Shown here: piece by piece, positions 12,435 through 25,600 of the stretch
How the letters are laid out: every line of letters begins with the position of its first letter
Position numbering within the stretch: the first letter of the stretch is position 1
NCBI GenBank assembly: GCA_013265495.1
Contig: MU058198.1
Location: forward strand, 5,533,779 to 5,597,778
Direction: 5' to 3'
Length of the DNA: 64,000 nucleotides
Source of the DNA: Vicugna vicugna
Taxonomy: Eukaryota
Translations under genes and position numbers: made by a program
The notes under the pieces: generated by a model
The model's input: the letters and a program-made list of their open reading frames with translations, nothing else
Told to the model about the DNA's origin: nothing
The model's database searches: none

Positions 12435-12690
12435 CAGCGCAGTGTAGTGGCCAGAGGCAGGGAAGCTGGCGGCACACAGCCTCGGTTCAGTCCCAGCCCA
12501 CCCCCTGGCTGTGTGATGCCGAGCAAGGTGCTTCACCTGTCTGAACTTCAGTTCTCTCCTGGATGTAAACAGAGATGACAATAATACCCATCTCGCAGGG
12601 CTGTTTTAAGGACTAAATGAGTTAGCAGGGGTGAAAGGCACTTGGAACAGAGCATGGCACACGTGTGCTCTGAAAGCTTCGGCCATTGCT
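12435..12690 (+). mobile_element. Near full-length MIR SINE
   Basis: Head 'gcagtgtagtggccagagg', core 'ctgtgtgatgccgagcaaggtgcttcacctgtctgaacttcagtt', tail 'aggactaaatgagttag...cttggaacagagcatggcac'. Confidence 0.85.
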
Positions 12691-12776
12691 GTTTACACAC
12701 TTCTTGTTTCTCTGTAACTGCACCCTCCTTAATGGGATAATTTGATTAGTTCTGTCTTCTTCAGCGTTATCCAGGC

Positions 12777-12980
12777 CAGGCTGTCTCAGCTTCAGCACTG
12801 GTGACATTTGGGGATGGATAACTCCTTGCCGGGGGCTGTCCTGTGCATTGTGGGATGTTTAGCAGCATCCCTGGCATCTACTCACTAGATGCCAATAGCA
12901 TCCTTCTACTGTGACAAGCAAACATGCCCCCAGGGTTTGTCCATTGTTGCCTGGGGAAAGCCCACCGGGGGAGGACCCCT
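12777..12980 (+). mobile_element. MER20 hAT-Charlie MITE
   Basis: 'ggggctgtcctgtgcattgtgggatgtttagcagcatccctggcatctactcactagatgccaatagca'. Confidence 0.9.
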
Positions 12981-13633
12981 GCTCTGGTCTCCGTGCGAGC
13001 AGGGAGGACAGCTGGTCTCCCTCACAGTCTCCTCCCAGCACTTCGCACAGTGCCTGGCCCGGAGCAGGTGCTCGCTCAGTATACATTAAATGAATCAATG
13101 AAGGAGTGAATGAATGAATAACAACATAAAAATAAAACTCCCTGGGCAGTGGTTTCTGGAGCAAATCTTCACGCAGCCTGGGTTCTTGGCAGGCCCTGAT
13201 CACCTCCTCTCTCCAATGGCCTGTCCCCAGCTGTCCTGGTCAGCATCTGGTGCCCGGCCAATGTCAAGTCCTCAGGCTCTAGAGAACACAGGGTCCCCAG
13301 ACAGCTTCAGTAAAGACCCCGGGGGCTGCAGGTTCTGGACTGGGAGCCCGACCACTGTAGACTGCCCCCAGCCCCCTTCAGCCCAGCAGTTTGACGAACA
13401 GTCAGGCCTTTGCCCAAAGTCCAGTGGTCCCACTGCCTGCCATGCCTCAGCCCCCACTCTGCTATTTGTGTTCCATGCACCGCTGGGACATCTCACACAC
13501 GGGGTGAATCCAGGTCGTTAAACTTTGTGGAGGCCCAGAGCAACCCACATCAGTGGGCCTGTCTTATGTATTTTTTTTAGCTTAGGTTGCTAAATTCCCT
13601 TATATAGGAAAGGAGTGAATGACAAAAGTCTTA

Positions 13634-14321
13634 CTTTCTTCACTGAAGCATAGTTGATTTATAATATATTTGTTTCTGGTGTACAACATAGTGATTCAAT
13701 ACTTTTATAGATTATACTTCATTTAAAGTCATTACAAAAGAATATCTGTATTTCCCTGAGCTGTACAATATGTTCTTGCAGCATATTTATTTTATACATA
13801 GTGGTTTGCACCTCTCAACCCCCTTCCCCTATGTTGCCCATTCCCCTTCCCTCTCCTCCCTGGTAACCACTAGTTCATTCCCTATATTTGTGAGTCTATT
13901 ACTGTTTTGTTATATTCTTTCCTTTGTTTTATTTTTTAGATTCCACATATCAATGATAACATAGAGGGTTTGTCTTTCCCTATCTACTTATTTCACTAGG
14001 CATAATTCTCTCTAGGTCCATCCATGCGGTTGCAAATGGCAGAAGTTCATTCTTTTTTATGACTGAGTAATATTCCATAGTACATATGTGTGTATGTACA
14101 TATATAATATGTGTATCTTCTTTATCTCTTCATCTGTTGATGGACACTTGAGTTGCTTCCATATCTTGGTTATTGTAAAAAACGCTGCTATGAACATCGG
14201 GGTACACGTACTTTTCTAATTAGTGTTTTCATTTTCTTCAGATATATACCCAGGAATGGAATTGCTGGATCATATGGTAACTCTATTTTTAGGTTTTTGA
14301 GGAACCCGCATACTGTGTTCA
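13634..14321 (-). mobile_element. 5'-truncated L1 (laurasiatherian/cetartiodactyl type)
   Basis: Antisense L1 3' end ('tctaggtccatccatgcggttgcaaatggcagaagttcattc'); perfect 13-bp TSD gacaaaagtctta at 13621-13633 and 14322-14334. Confidence 0.93.
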
Positions 14322-14456
14322 GACAAAAGTCTTAATCATAAAAGTAAGGGTAGTGAATATGGTAGCTTCATCTCCCTCTAAAGTGGAGAATACAAAAAGA
14401 CATATAAATGGAACCTGCTAGGGCCTGTTGGAAATTTTAGGAAAGCTAGGATTTAG

Positions 14457-15230
14457 TGATGAAGAAAAATCTTGCACCCAGTTCCAATCTGTGGGCTTTT
14501 TTCCCACTTATAAGCAATTTTCCAACACCAACCAAGTAACCTAAAATTCAACTCAGTTCTGACTCTACCTGGAGAGAGCATCAGATCCCACAGGTGAAGG
14601 GCTCAGCCTCCTCCACTTCGGAGGCCAGTGTCAAGTCCAATTGTCACCTGGGCTTCTGATCTACCAGCTATGACAGATTATAGATCTAGAGGTTCCAACA
14701 ACTGCCACCTTGGGTTTGATCAATTTGCCAGAGCAGCTCACAGAACTCAGAGAAATATTTTACTTAGTAGCTCACTGTATTACAGAAGCATGTAACTCAA
14801 AAACAGCCAAATGGAAGAGATACACAGGGCCAGGACATGAGAGGAGGTGCAGAGCTCCCATGCTCTCTCCGAGAGCTCCACTCTCCCTGAATCTCCATCC
14901 ATTGACCAACTGGGGGCTTTATGGCGGCTTCCTTACATAGGCATGATTGATTAGATCATTGGCCATGTTGACTGAACTCAGTCTCCAGCACCTCCTCTCC
15001 TCTCCCTGGAGTTCGGGGTAGGACTGAAAGTTCCAGCCCTCTAATCACATCCTTGTTTCTACTGGCAACCAGAACCACCCTTTGGTGTTTTCCAAAAGTT
15101 GCTTCATTGACATAACAAAAGACGCCTCTCTTACTCTGACTCTTAGGAAATTCCAAGAGTTTTAGGAGCTCTGTGGCCTGAAACAGGGACAACCACCAAA
15201 TATATATTTGTTATAAACCACAATGTCACA
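14457..15230 (-). mobile_element. MER21-like solo LTR
   Basis: tg...ca termini; 'ggaaattccaagagttttaggagctctgtg...caaatatatatttg...cacaatgtcaca' and 'gcatcagatcccacaggtgaagggctcag' match the MER21 consensus as recalled. Confidence 0.8.
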
Positions 15231-15959
15231 ATGATGATGAAGAAGATACCAATGATGGCACCTACAGTTACAGTATTTATTGGTTACAAGCTGTGCACCG
15301 GGCTCTTTATTGTGTATCAATGCTGTATGTACTATTGTTAGAAATGGAGACTCAGAAGTTAAAATACTTGCCAAGCTCATGCAGCTGGGAGGTGATGGCG
15401 CCTGGACATTCAGAACATTCACTCTTCAACAATGTCAGATATTGCAAGCCGGTATTCACGGCTCAGCTCTAGCCTGCAGGTGTATTTTATTTGACCCGTA
15501 GAGCGCTTTCAATTGGTTGTCAATATTTAGATAAAGGATTTTGGTGGTGTTTTTCTTTTTTTTTTTTTTTCATATTACTAAAGTATCTTAGTTTCTGGCT
15601 TTTGGAAAATTCAGAACATCTGACATCACCAAGCCATGATTCCCACACGGTAACTACTGGCCAGGGCTGTCCAGTTTCGACCCAGCTGGGGTTTACCATC
15701 TTGCCAAAGTCTGTACCCAGGCCATGGCTCTCATTAGGTTATAGGCTGGCTCCAAATGCATTTGCATTTTCAACCTTACTATTTCCACAACCTTACCATG
15801 GCCACAGGCTGAGGGTCAGCCACCGAGTGACCTTCCCCTGGCCCAACGGTCAGAAGCTGGTTCTGGGACCTTGCTGGCCTTCCAGGTCTCTGGGGGTCTG
15901 GTGTGGGCTGGGCCTGATGGGAATCCAAGTAACTGTTCCAGAAGCTGCCACGGCATTGC

Positions 15960-16540
15960 CCTTAAAAAGCATGACATGAACTTAGATCAAAAGATGGAAT
16001 TGGTTTGGGAGGGGGCAGGTCCTGGGCTCTCCGCGCCGCGTCTGCGGGGAGAAAACAGTCCTCTGGGCACAAACAAGATCGATGCCAGCTCAGTGACTTC
16101 CCCCAGAGACTGTGAAATTGCATAAAAGATTTGATCAAAGTCCCCATCAGCCGCCAAGCTGTAATGACTTCTGTGATTTTTTTCTTAACCGGATTTTAAT
16201 TTTTATGTTTATTATTTGGGGACTGATGGAGCAGAGGAGGCTCCTCAGCCTCCAGATTCCACTCTCATTCTCTCCCGTGAAGCACTTTAAAGAACTCGGA
16301 AAAACTCAATCGCAGAGGAAAAGCATTTGGCTCTCAGGGTTTCATGTTTTGTTCCTGCTCCCCGGGCTTGGAGACAGCTCAGGAACTTAATTAAAATCAA
16401 TGGAGAAAAAGAATTGAATAAATCACAACATGAATATCTCTGAAAGTCTGTATCACAGCGCAGCAGCGTAGGGGTGAAAAAAAAAAAACGATGTTCTGTT
16501 CCCTCTCTCCCTCTGGAAAGAGGAAAAATTAAAATCATCT
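15960..16540. promoter_or_regulatory. Candidate enhancer (CNE-like)
   Basis: Repeat-free; TCF/LEF GATCAAAG 16133-16140; TTAATTAA 16387-16394 overlapping AAATCAAT. Confidence 0.5.
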
Positions 16541-16552
16541 GAGTGCACTTGA

Positions 16553-16586
16553 TCTCTCTCTCTCTGTTTCTCTATCTCTCTCTCTC
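16553..16586. repeat. Imperfect (CT)n microsatellite
   Basis: tctctctctctctgtttctctatctctctctc. Confidence 0.85.
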
Positions 16587-17559
16587 CCTTTGCCCCTGTC
16601 ATCCTCCCTCCCAGCTGAAAGCAGGAATAGGAGGGAGAGACTCTCAAGAGGTCAAAGGTATGGATCTGGCCTTCATTCCCAACAGAGGTCACAAGGACAC
16701 AGAAAAGCCCCCCATGCATTATTGAACGTAAGACATGTGACATTAGTCTTCCTCCAGCAACCTTAGAGAGTCGTCATGCTTAAGCCCCAGTTTGCAAATG
16801 AGGTTAAGAAAATGTCCCCAAGTTTACCCAGGCTTCGGGTGGTCCTTGAGGTCCATTTACCTTGAACTCGACCAGATCTCCTTCCCCAGGTAGCCCAGAG
16901 ATTCTCCCTAGCCTTTGCAGACTAATTCCTTCCAGGGCATATGAATCGCACCCAGGAAGGGGCGAGAGAGGACGTCCCAGGACCACCGGCCTGACCTCTC
17001 CCCTCAGCACAATCACACTTCACAGCTCTGTCCCCAGAAGAACAGAGCTCATTCCTTACGTAGCCAGAGGAAGAAATTCTCCTCCAGCCTGGAAAATGCA
17101 CTTAAGCGTCTAACATCCCGCATTCTCCATGGAGCGGATCTTGCTCAAATCTAATCTGAATCTTTGGGGCTGCAGACTGGATCTTGCCCTTGGGGTAAAT
17201 CTGAAAATGAGTGATGGAGCCTTTTCCTTCCTTCATCCCTCTCTCCCTCCATCCTCCCCAGAGTTCTGCCCTCCTGCCTCCCAAAGCAGGTAAAACACCC
17301 AACCCAGTGCCTGGCACAGAGCTTGAGTTTATTAAACATTAAGTCTTTGTTTTTCCTTCTTCCTTCCACCATGTCGGGGCTCAGGGGGGGTCACTGGCCA
17401 CCCCATCCTCTTGGAGTTGTTCACAGTCTCAAAAGAAGGACCAGGCTTAAACAAAGAGCTGCAATTCAGAGACGCAGAAGTGATAACAGAGCTAAAACTA
17501 CCGTGGGATGCCAGGGAAAGAGTTGCCGCTGCCTTTTATGACCCAATCTCCATCATGTC

Positions 17560-17960
17560 ACCACCCACCTAACCTCCCCATTGCCCTGAGGACAAAGGCT
17601 GGGACCTGGGGCCCTGGCTGATCTGGCCCTGCCTGGTGGCGTTCTCCTCTCTTTCCTACACTGGCTCACTCCCTGCCCTCAGGGTCCTCCCACAAACTCT
17701 TCCTTCTTCCTGGAGTATTCCTGCCTCCCCACTTCATCTGGCCATATCCTATTTATCATCCATACTCTGCTTAAATGCCATCTTCCCAGGAGGGCCTTCA
17801 GTACCCCCACCCCCAAGCAGTGCAAGTGCCTTGCTATGTGCTCAAGCTGCATAACATGGGAGAGTTTCCTTTTTAAACACCTTCCACACTGAATGAGTAT
17901 TTACTCACCAATGTCTGTCCCTCCTGCTTGACAATAAGCATCCTGAGGGCAGGCAAGGCT
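17560..17960 (+). mobile_element. L2 fragment
   Basis: 'ctctgcttaaatgccatcttcccaggagggcctt...aataagcatcctgagggcagg'. Confidence 0.7.
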
Positions 17961-18089
17961 TCAGAGCGGGAGATGGTGTTTTGGTTGGGTCTCGATCGTT
18001 CGATGGGATAGACCAATGGGAGAGGGACAGTCAGATGAATTGAAACAAGAGCATAAAAGGAGTTCCTGGCTTTGGATCATCACATTTGT

Positions 18090-18600
18090 GTAGGTGAACT
18101 ATTGCCCCAGAATGCTGTAAAACAAACCGCCTCCCACTCAGTAGCTTACAGCGAAAAGGATTTATTCTCATGCTCTGGGACTACCGCGAAGCTGATCCAG
18201 GCTGCGCTTGGCCAGCAGCTCTGGTGCAAGCTGCCAGTTGGCTACACTTGGCTCCAGGCTCCGGTTGACTCAGGCTCACAGGTGGCTCAGGCCCCATGTG
18301 TGTTTGTTCTGGGCCCAGATGGAAGGGGCTGCAGCCACCTGGGGTACATCCTTTTCATGGCAGATCACAAAACAAGATCAGGATGCAACAGGACACTCGA
18401 GAACATACGGGGCCTCTTGCAGCCTTGGCCACAATGGGCACTCAGCACCCCCACCCCCGCCCAGGCCACGCCCAGCACCCATGGGTTGCGGGAACGAGTA
18501 CCGCTCTACCAGAAGAACTGCGGTCACGCGGGCACGAGCACGGATACAGCGTTTAATCCCGGGAGGGTGTGAACATTGCGAGGAAGACTCCATCCCTCAC
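18090..18600 (-). mobile_element. MLT1-type MaLR LTR
   Basis: 'gctgtaaaacaaaccgcctcccactcagtagcttac...atttattctcatg' start and 'gaagaactgc..gtcac...ggatacag...gggagggtgtgaac' end. Confidence 0.7.
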
Positions 18601-19671
18601 AGCAAGAGCAGACTGATGCAGGAGGAGGGCTCAAAGATGACCTCTAGGCTCTTATTTGTGCAAGTGACAGGAATGTGTGTCATTCTTTGAGCTGAAGACA
18701 CAAGAGGATGAGCACACGTTAAAGGGATGTTGAGCTCTATTCTGAGCATGTTGACTGCAGACAGTGACCGGGATCCACCTACTCAAATGCTGGCACTAGC
18801 AGACAGGAATTAAATCCCTCCTCAGCCCTCACATGGGATTTCCCTGTTTACCCACCATTATTCAGTCAGCAACTGTCATGTCTGCCTTACATGATGGGAA
18901 AGGAGGGGAGAGGCTGTCGGCTCTTTTAATCTCTTTCTGTCTGAGCACACTGGGGTCTCACACTCCCTTCCTCCAACTTGAGAAGATGAGCCATCCCCAT
19001 GATTTATCACTTCTTGTTTTTATTTGCTCTTGTTTTCATCAGCCTCCAGCAAGATGCTACAATTGTTTCCCAAAGTACATCCAAGAGAAGGCACTGATTT
19101 CAGAGTAACCAGCAGTCTCTGTGCGATGATGCAGTCCTGCAGGGATTGTGCGTGTGGGGCCAGAGCTTTTTGCCAAGAGCTCCTAATGCTTCTCTGAGCA
19201 CAGCCTGCATCGAGCTCTGAATCACCATGGGGCAGAGGCTGCTGCTGGGAGTTAAGTGGCTGCAGCAGCGCAGGTTAGAGGTTTGCAGGGGCAGGGAGCC
19301 CACAGATCATTACAGTCATAGGGAGGCTTGATGTGTTGCTGGTGCTCCACCCATCACCCCAGGACCCTGCTCTGGAGAGAGGTAGGGAGAGGTAAAGGGG
19401 CCAGAAATACACAGGTGCCCTGATGTAAGAACCTTCTGATGTGCCCACTCATCCAGCCCAATTGAGATAAGCCTGAAGAAACACAGTCTGATCTGTTTTT
19501 AGCTTAGCAAGGGTGATCAAAGTCACCAGGTCTGGACTAGAGAGAGAAGGTGTGCTACATCTATCATGATGTGGCTTAGAACTAGGAGTCAATTCTGCGA
19601 CCAAACAGGAAATAATAAACTCAGGCAGGGTCAGGGAGGGGAGAGCTGGGGGAGTAGCAAAATCTAAAGTA

Positions 19672-19915
19672 AGAATCACAAACTCAAATGACTTCAAGGC
19701 TACAGTAAGAAAAATAACAGGATGAGACATGCAGGGACTAGATCATGGAGAACTTACATTCCACCAAGATAAACACCTGCTATTCAATTCAAACTAGGTA
19801 GAAATGAAGGGTAGGGTTGTCCAACTATTCTGGAGAAGCTAGAAAATTATAGAAATGTTTTTAAGTGGAATCATTTAATTTTTAAATACTGGGCACTAAT
19901 TTTATTCATTTTTTT
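19672..19915 (+). mobile_element. Old hAT MITE (MER103C-like)
   Basis: 'cacaaactcaaatgac...gttgtccaactattctggagaagctagaaaat...tttttaaatactgggcactaatt'; similar to 37793-38080. Confidence 0.45.
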
Positions 19916-20983
19916 TAACAATATGGACTTCTGGTTTCTGGCTGGGCATGTACGGAGTTTAGAAATTGCCAACAAGCAGAAAGCTGAACAAACTGAAAAA
20001 TCAACAACTCTTCTTAAATCCTTCAGAGAAGTCAGGTCACAGGGAAAAATCACTGCCCCCAAAACTGTAGAAACAAACAGGTGGATATAGAGAATCACAG
20101 CATACTGAGCAGCAACCCAGGAGCAGCAACCTCCCTGGATCTCCATGGAAACCAGTGCTGGGGTAGGGAAACCTGAAGTGTATCTGACGAATTGCTGGAG
20201 GCTCAGTGTGGACAAACCTGAGAGATGAAAACTCCAAGGCAACCCAGTTATGGGAGGCGGGGGTGTGGTGAGGTGAGGGGAGGCACGCTGTTGCGAGTTT
20301 TACCTCCAGGAGCCCAACCTAGTTCTCACAGTGACTATCGGAGAAAAATCCCCTCATGCTTTCTGTAGGGGAGGGGAAAGGGAACCACTCTGCAATACCC
20401 CACAGCCTTCTGTTCTTCGTAACAAGGCTCGCCCTCAAGAGAAATCATTCTGTCAGGGCTTAAGCTGCTGAGGTTTCTCCAGAACCTAACCTACTTGGGG
20501 TCGGGGGAGAGGGAAATATCCAACTCCAGCCCCTCTAGTCATCCTGTCCAAACTAAGGGAGTAGAAAAAAAATGAGACGCCCTAGTGAATTCTATAGTCC
20601 AGGAGCACAGGCTCACCAAAAGACTGAGACCTCATCAGAGGGCTGGAAACTGCTACAGAACCAGAGTCTGATATGGCAGGAATGTTGGAATTATCAGAAC
20701 AGGAAATTTTTTTAAACTATGATTAATAACCTATAAGGGCTTTAATGAAAAAAAAAATAGACAACATGCAAGAACAGATCGAAAATGTAAACAGAGAGAT
20801 AGAAATTTTAAGTAAGAATCAAAAAGAAATGCTACAGATCAAAACATTGTAACCGAAATGGAAAACAAAACTCCTTTTACGGGCTTATCAATAGACTGGA
20901 CGTGGCCGAGGAAACAATCTCTAGGCTTAAGAATATGACAACAGGAAGTTCCCAAACTGAAAAGCAAAGGAAAAAACAAACAG

Positions 20984-21021
<38 letters not shown>
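20984..21021 (+). repeat. Pure A38 homopolymer inside L1 ORF1
   Basis: Uninterrupted A run flanked by aaacaga(a) on both sides. Confidence 0.95.
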
Positions 21022-21022
<1 letters not shown>

Positions 21023-21892
21023 AGAATACCCAAGAACTGTGAACAGTTACAAAAGGTATAACATACGTGTAATGGGAGGAGAGAGAGAAAAGAACAGAAC
21101 AGGAGCAGTATTTGAAGCAGTAATGATTGAGAATTTTCCTCAAAATTAATGTCAGACACCAAACTACAGATTCAGGAAGCTCAGAGAATACCACACAGGA
21201 CAAACAATGCCCCTCCTTCCCCCCAAAATTATACCTAGGCATATCATATTCAAACTTCAGAAAAATCAAAGATAAAGAAAAAATATTGAAATAAGCCAGA
21301 GGAAAAAAATACCTTACCTAGAGAGGAGCGAATATAAGAATCACATCTGACTTGTCCTCAGAAACCATGCAAGTTGAGGAGAGAGTGGAGTGAAATACTT
21401 AAAAGTGTTGAGAGAAAAAACTGCCAACCTAGAATTCTGCACTCTTAAATCATCCTTGGGAAGTAAAAAAGAAATAAAAGTTTTCCCAGACAAAAAAAAA
21501 ATTGAGGGAATCTGTTGCCGGTAGACCTGCCTTGCAAGAAATGTTAAAAGAAATTCTTCAGAGAAGAGGAAAATAATATAGGTTGGAAACTCAAATCTGA
21601 ATCAAGAAAGGAAGAGCATCAGAGAATAAATAAATGAAGGCAAAAAACATTTAAGTCTTTTCTTTTTCTTAATTGATCTAACAAATAATAGCTTGTACAA
21701 AATAATAATAAAAGCAACAATATATTCAATTATGCATGCTTCTATTTGTACGCTTATGTATTCTTATGTCTAACATGCTCATGTAATATTATGTATTCTT
21801 ATGTATAATATGCTGATGTATGCTTATGTGTAAGTGAAATGAATGACAGGAATGGTACAGGGGGCGGGAAGGAAGAATTAAGAATACAGGCA

Positions 21893-22040
21893 TGAGTAGG
21901 GCATAGCTCAGTGGTAGAGAGCATGCTTAGCATACACAAGGATGTGGGTTCAATCCCCAGTACCTCCATTAAAGAAAAAGATAAATAAATAAAACCTAAT
22001 TACCTCCCCCCAAAATAAATAAATAAAAAAAATTTTTTTA
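21893..22040 (+). mobile_element. Vic-1-type tRNA-derived camelid SINE
   Basis: A box tagctcagtgg, B box ggttcaatccc, A-rich tail; 13-bp TSD aagaataca(g/a)gca at 21880-21892 and 22041-22053. Confidence 0.92.
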
Positions 22041-22045
22041 AAGAA

Positions 22046-22360
22046 TACAAGCAGATCTCAAAGATATTGCACGTTCACTTCCAGACTACCACAATAAAGC
22101 AAATATTGCAATAAAGCAAGTCATGTGAATTTTTTGGTTTTCCAGTAAATATAAAAGTTATGTTTACACTGTAACTAATTAGCATGCAAAAGTATAATGT
22201 CTTAAAAGATGTACATACCTTAATTTAAAAGCATTTTATTGCTAAAAAATGCTAATCATCATTTGACAATGCAGGGTTGCCACACACCTTCAATTTGTAA
22301 AAACTGCAGTATCTGTGAAATGCAATAAAGTGAAGTGCAATAAAACAAGGTGTGCCTGCA
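22046..22360 (+). mobile_element. Internally deleted Tigger1-type DNA transposon
   Basis: TIR-like ends 'tacaagcagatctc' and 'caaggtgtgcctgca'; body 'ccagactaccacaataaagcaaatattgcaataaagc...gggttgccacacaccttcaatttgtaaaa'. Confidence 0.85.
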
Positions 22361-22626
22361 CTGTGTTATTACAAGGCCCTTGCATTCTCCATGAAGTGGG
22401 ATAGTGTTATTTGAAAGTGGACTTGGATTGGTTGTAAATGTACATGGCCAACTCTAGGGAAATCATTTTTTTAAAGAGTGAAAAAAAGTAATCATAATTG
22501 ACATGCTAACAAAGGAGAGAAGATTAAATCATATAAAATGCTCAATTAAAACCGCAAAAGGCAGAAAAGGTGGGAAAGACAAAAACAGGAACAGAAACTG
22601 GGTAACAAATAGAAAAAGCAACAAAT

Positions 22627-25600
22627 ATGATTCATATTAACCCAACTATATCAGTAATCACTATAAACATCAACAGTTTAAATCTACCAATTAAATGATA
22701 AAGATTGTCAGAGTGGATCAAAAACCAAGACACAACTAGGCATTGTCTACCCGAAACATATAGTAAAAGTAAAGGGATGGAGAAAGATACATCATACTGA
22801 CATTAATCAAAAGGAAGTGGGAGTGGCTATGTTAATTTCAGATTGAAGAGCCTTAAGAGCAAGGAAGGTTACCAGGGATAAAGAGGGGCATTGCATAATG
22901 ATTAGGGGGTCCATACTCCAAGAAGACATAAAAATCTTTAACGTGTACGTGCCCAACAACACCAAAGTATGTGAAGCACAAACTGATAGGGCTGCAAGGG
23001 GAAATAGATGAATCCACTATTATAGTTAGAGACTTTAACACCCGTTTGTTGGAAATGGGCAAATCCAGCAGGCAGAAAATCAGTAAGGACACAGTTGAAT
23101 TGAAAGCAACATCAGTCAAATGGCTTTAATTGACATCACTGGGCTAATTTATCTAACAGGAGCTGATTACACATTCTTCTCACACTCACATGGAACATCC
23201 ACCGACACAGACCACATTCTGGGCGATAAAATACACCTTAAATTTAAAAGAATAGAAATCATATGATGCCTGCTCTCAGACCACAGTGGAATTAAACTAG
23301 AAATCAATAACAGAGAAATAACTGGAAAATCCCCAAATACTTAGTGATTAAACAACACGCTTCTAAATAATGCATGGATCAAAGAGGAGAATTTAAGAGA
23401 AGTTTTAAAGTATTTTGAACTAGATGAAAATTAAATACAACTTACCAAAATTTGTGGGATGCAGTGAAAGCAAAGCTTAGAGAAAAATGTATACTATTGA
23501 ATATATTAAAAAAAAGAGAGAGAGAGAAAGATCTAAAATCAATTATCTAAGCTTTTACTGTAGAACACTAGAAAAAGAAGAGTAAATTAAATTCAAAGTA
23601 AGCAGAATAAATAATTAAAATCAAAGCAGAAATCAACAAAATTGAAAATCAATAGAGAATATCAACAAAATCATAAGCTGGCCCTTTGAAAAGGTCAATA
23701 GAACTGGTACGCCTTTAGCCAGGCTGACTATTAAAAAAACAGAGAAGACACAAATTACTAATATCAGAAATGAAAGAGGCAACATCACTACAGATCTCAT
23801 GGACATTAAAAAGATAATAAAGGAGTATTATGAACAACTCTATGCCCATATATTGCACAACCTAGATGAAATGGTCCAGTTCCTTGAAAGACACAATCTG
23901 CCAAAACACACACAAGAAGAGATAGATAATCTGAAGAGGTTTATATATTAAAGAAATTGAATCAATAATTATTAATCTTACAAAACAGAAAGCACCAGGC
24001 CCTGGTGAGTTCACTAGTGAATTCTACCAAACAGTTAAGGAAGAAATTATCCTAATTATCCATAATCTATTCCAGAAAATAGAAGGCAAGGGAATACTTC
24101 CTAACTCATTCTGTGAGGCTATCATTAACCTAATTAATACTCCCCAGAAAACAAAGACATTACAGGAAAAGTAAAGACCAATATCTCTCATAAACGCAGA
24201 TGCAAAAATCCTCAACAAAATAGGAGCAAATCAAATCTAACAATGTATTTAAAGTATTATGCACCATGACCAACTGGGATCTATCCCAGGGATGCAAGGC
24301 TGGTTCAACATTTAAAATTCAGTTAATGTAATTCATCAAATCAACAGGCTAAAGAAGAAAATTTTCGTGATCATTTCCATAGATGCATTTCACAAAATCC
24401 GACACCATGCATGATAAAAACCCTCATCAAATTGAGAATAGAGGGGAGCTTCCTCAGCTTAATAAAGATTATCTTTTAAAAACCCACAATACTTTACAGT
24501 TAACATTATGTTAATGGTGAGAAACCCAAAGCTTTCCCACTAAGATCACGAGCAAGACAAGTATATTCTCTCTCACCAGTGCTTTTCAACATTACATTAG
24601 AAGTCCTAGCTAACACCATGAGATAAGAAAAGGAAATAAAAGGTATACAGATTGGGAAGGAAGGGAAAAAACTATCTTTGTTCATACATAGATGACATGA
24701 TCATCTATGTAGAAAATCTAAAAGAATAGACAGAAAAACTCCTGGAACTAATAAGCAATTATATAGCAAAGTTGCAGAATACAAAGTCAATATATAAAAT
24801 TCAGCCACTTTTCCATATACTATCAAAGAACAAATGGAATTTTAAATTTAAAACACATTACCATTGTGGAGGAGAGTATAGCTCAACTGGTAGGGCACAT
24901 GATCAGCATACACAAGGTCCTGGGTTCAATCCCCGGTACCTCCTCTAAAAATAACTAAGTAAACCTAATTACCTCTCCCACCAAAAAATTAAAATAAAAA
25001 AAATTTTAAACACATTAGCATTTACATTAGCACCCCTAGAAATGAAACACTTAGGTATAATTTTTTAAAAATATGTAAAAGATTACATGAGGAAGACTCT
25101 GATGAAAAATATCAAAGAAGAATTAAGTAAATAGATAGATCATGTTCATGGTTACGAAAACTCAATATTGTCAAGATGTTAGTTTTTCCCAAACGATCCA
25201 TAGATTCAATAGAATCCCAATGAGAAACCCAGCAAATCATTCTTTTTTTTGGACACTGACAAACTGATTCTAAAATTTATATGAAGAGGCAAAAGACTCA
25301 GAATAGCCAACACAATATTAAGACTGAACTTACCCAACTTCAAGACTTACTATAGAGTAATCAAGACAGTGTGACATTGGAGAAAGAGCACACAAATAAA
25401 TCAATGGAATAGAACAGAGAGTCCAGACATAGACACAGAAAAACACAATCAACTAATCTTTGACAAAGAAGCAAAGGCAATAAGACAGAGCTAAGAGTCT
25501 TTTCAACAAACGATGCTGAAACAACTGAATGTCCATATGCAACAAAATGAATCTAGACATGGATTTTACATACTTCACAGAAATTAACTCAAAATGGGTC

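Noticed and set aside
12873..12895. Hairpin tggcatcta-ctcac-tagatgcca as miRNA or terminator
   Set aside because: Intrinsic part of the MER20 element; the stem is too short for a pre-miRNA
13068..13090. U6 snRNA-like start 'gtgctcgct'
   Set aside because: The match is only 9 nt and lies within an L2 tail
15491..15979. 162-aa ORF
   Set aside because: Non-ATG start, spans a poly-T tract, no homology recognised
18072..18690. Overlapping 160-166 aa ORFs
   Set aside because: Lie in a GC-enriched MLT1 LTR; chance open frames
21893..21968. Possible tRNA gene (also 24866, 49560, 62340)
   Set aside because: A and B boxes are followed by a SINE body, A-rich tail and TSD, so these are SINE heads
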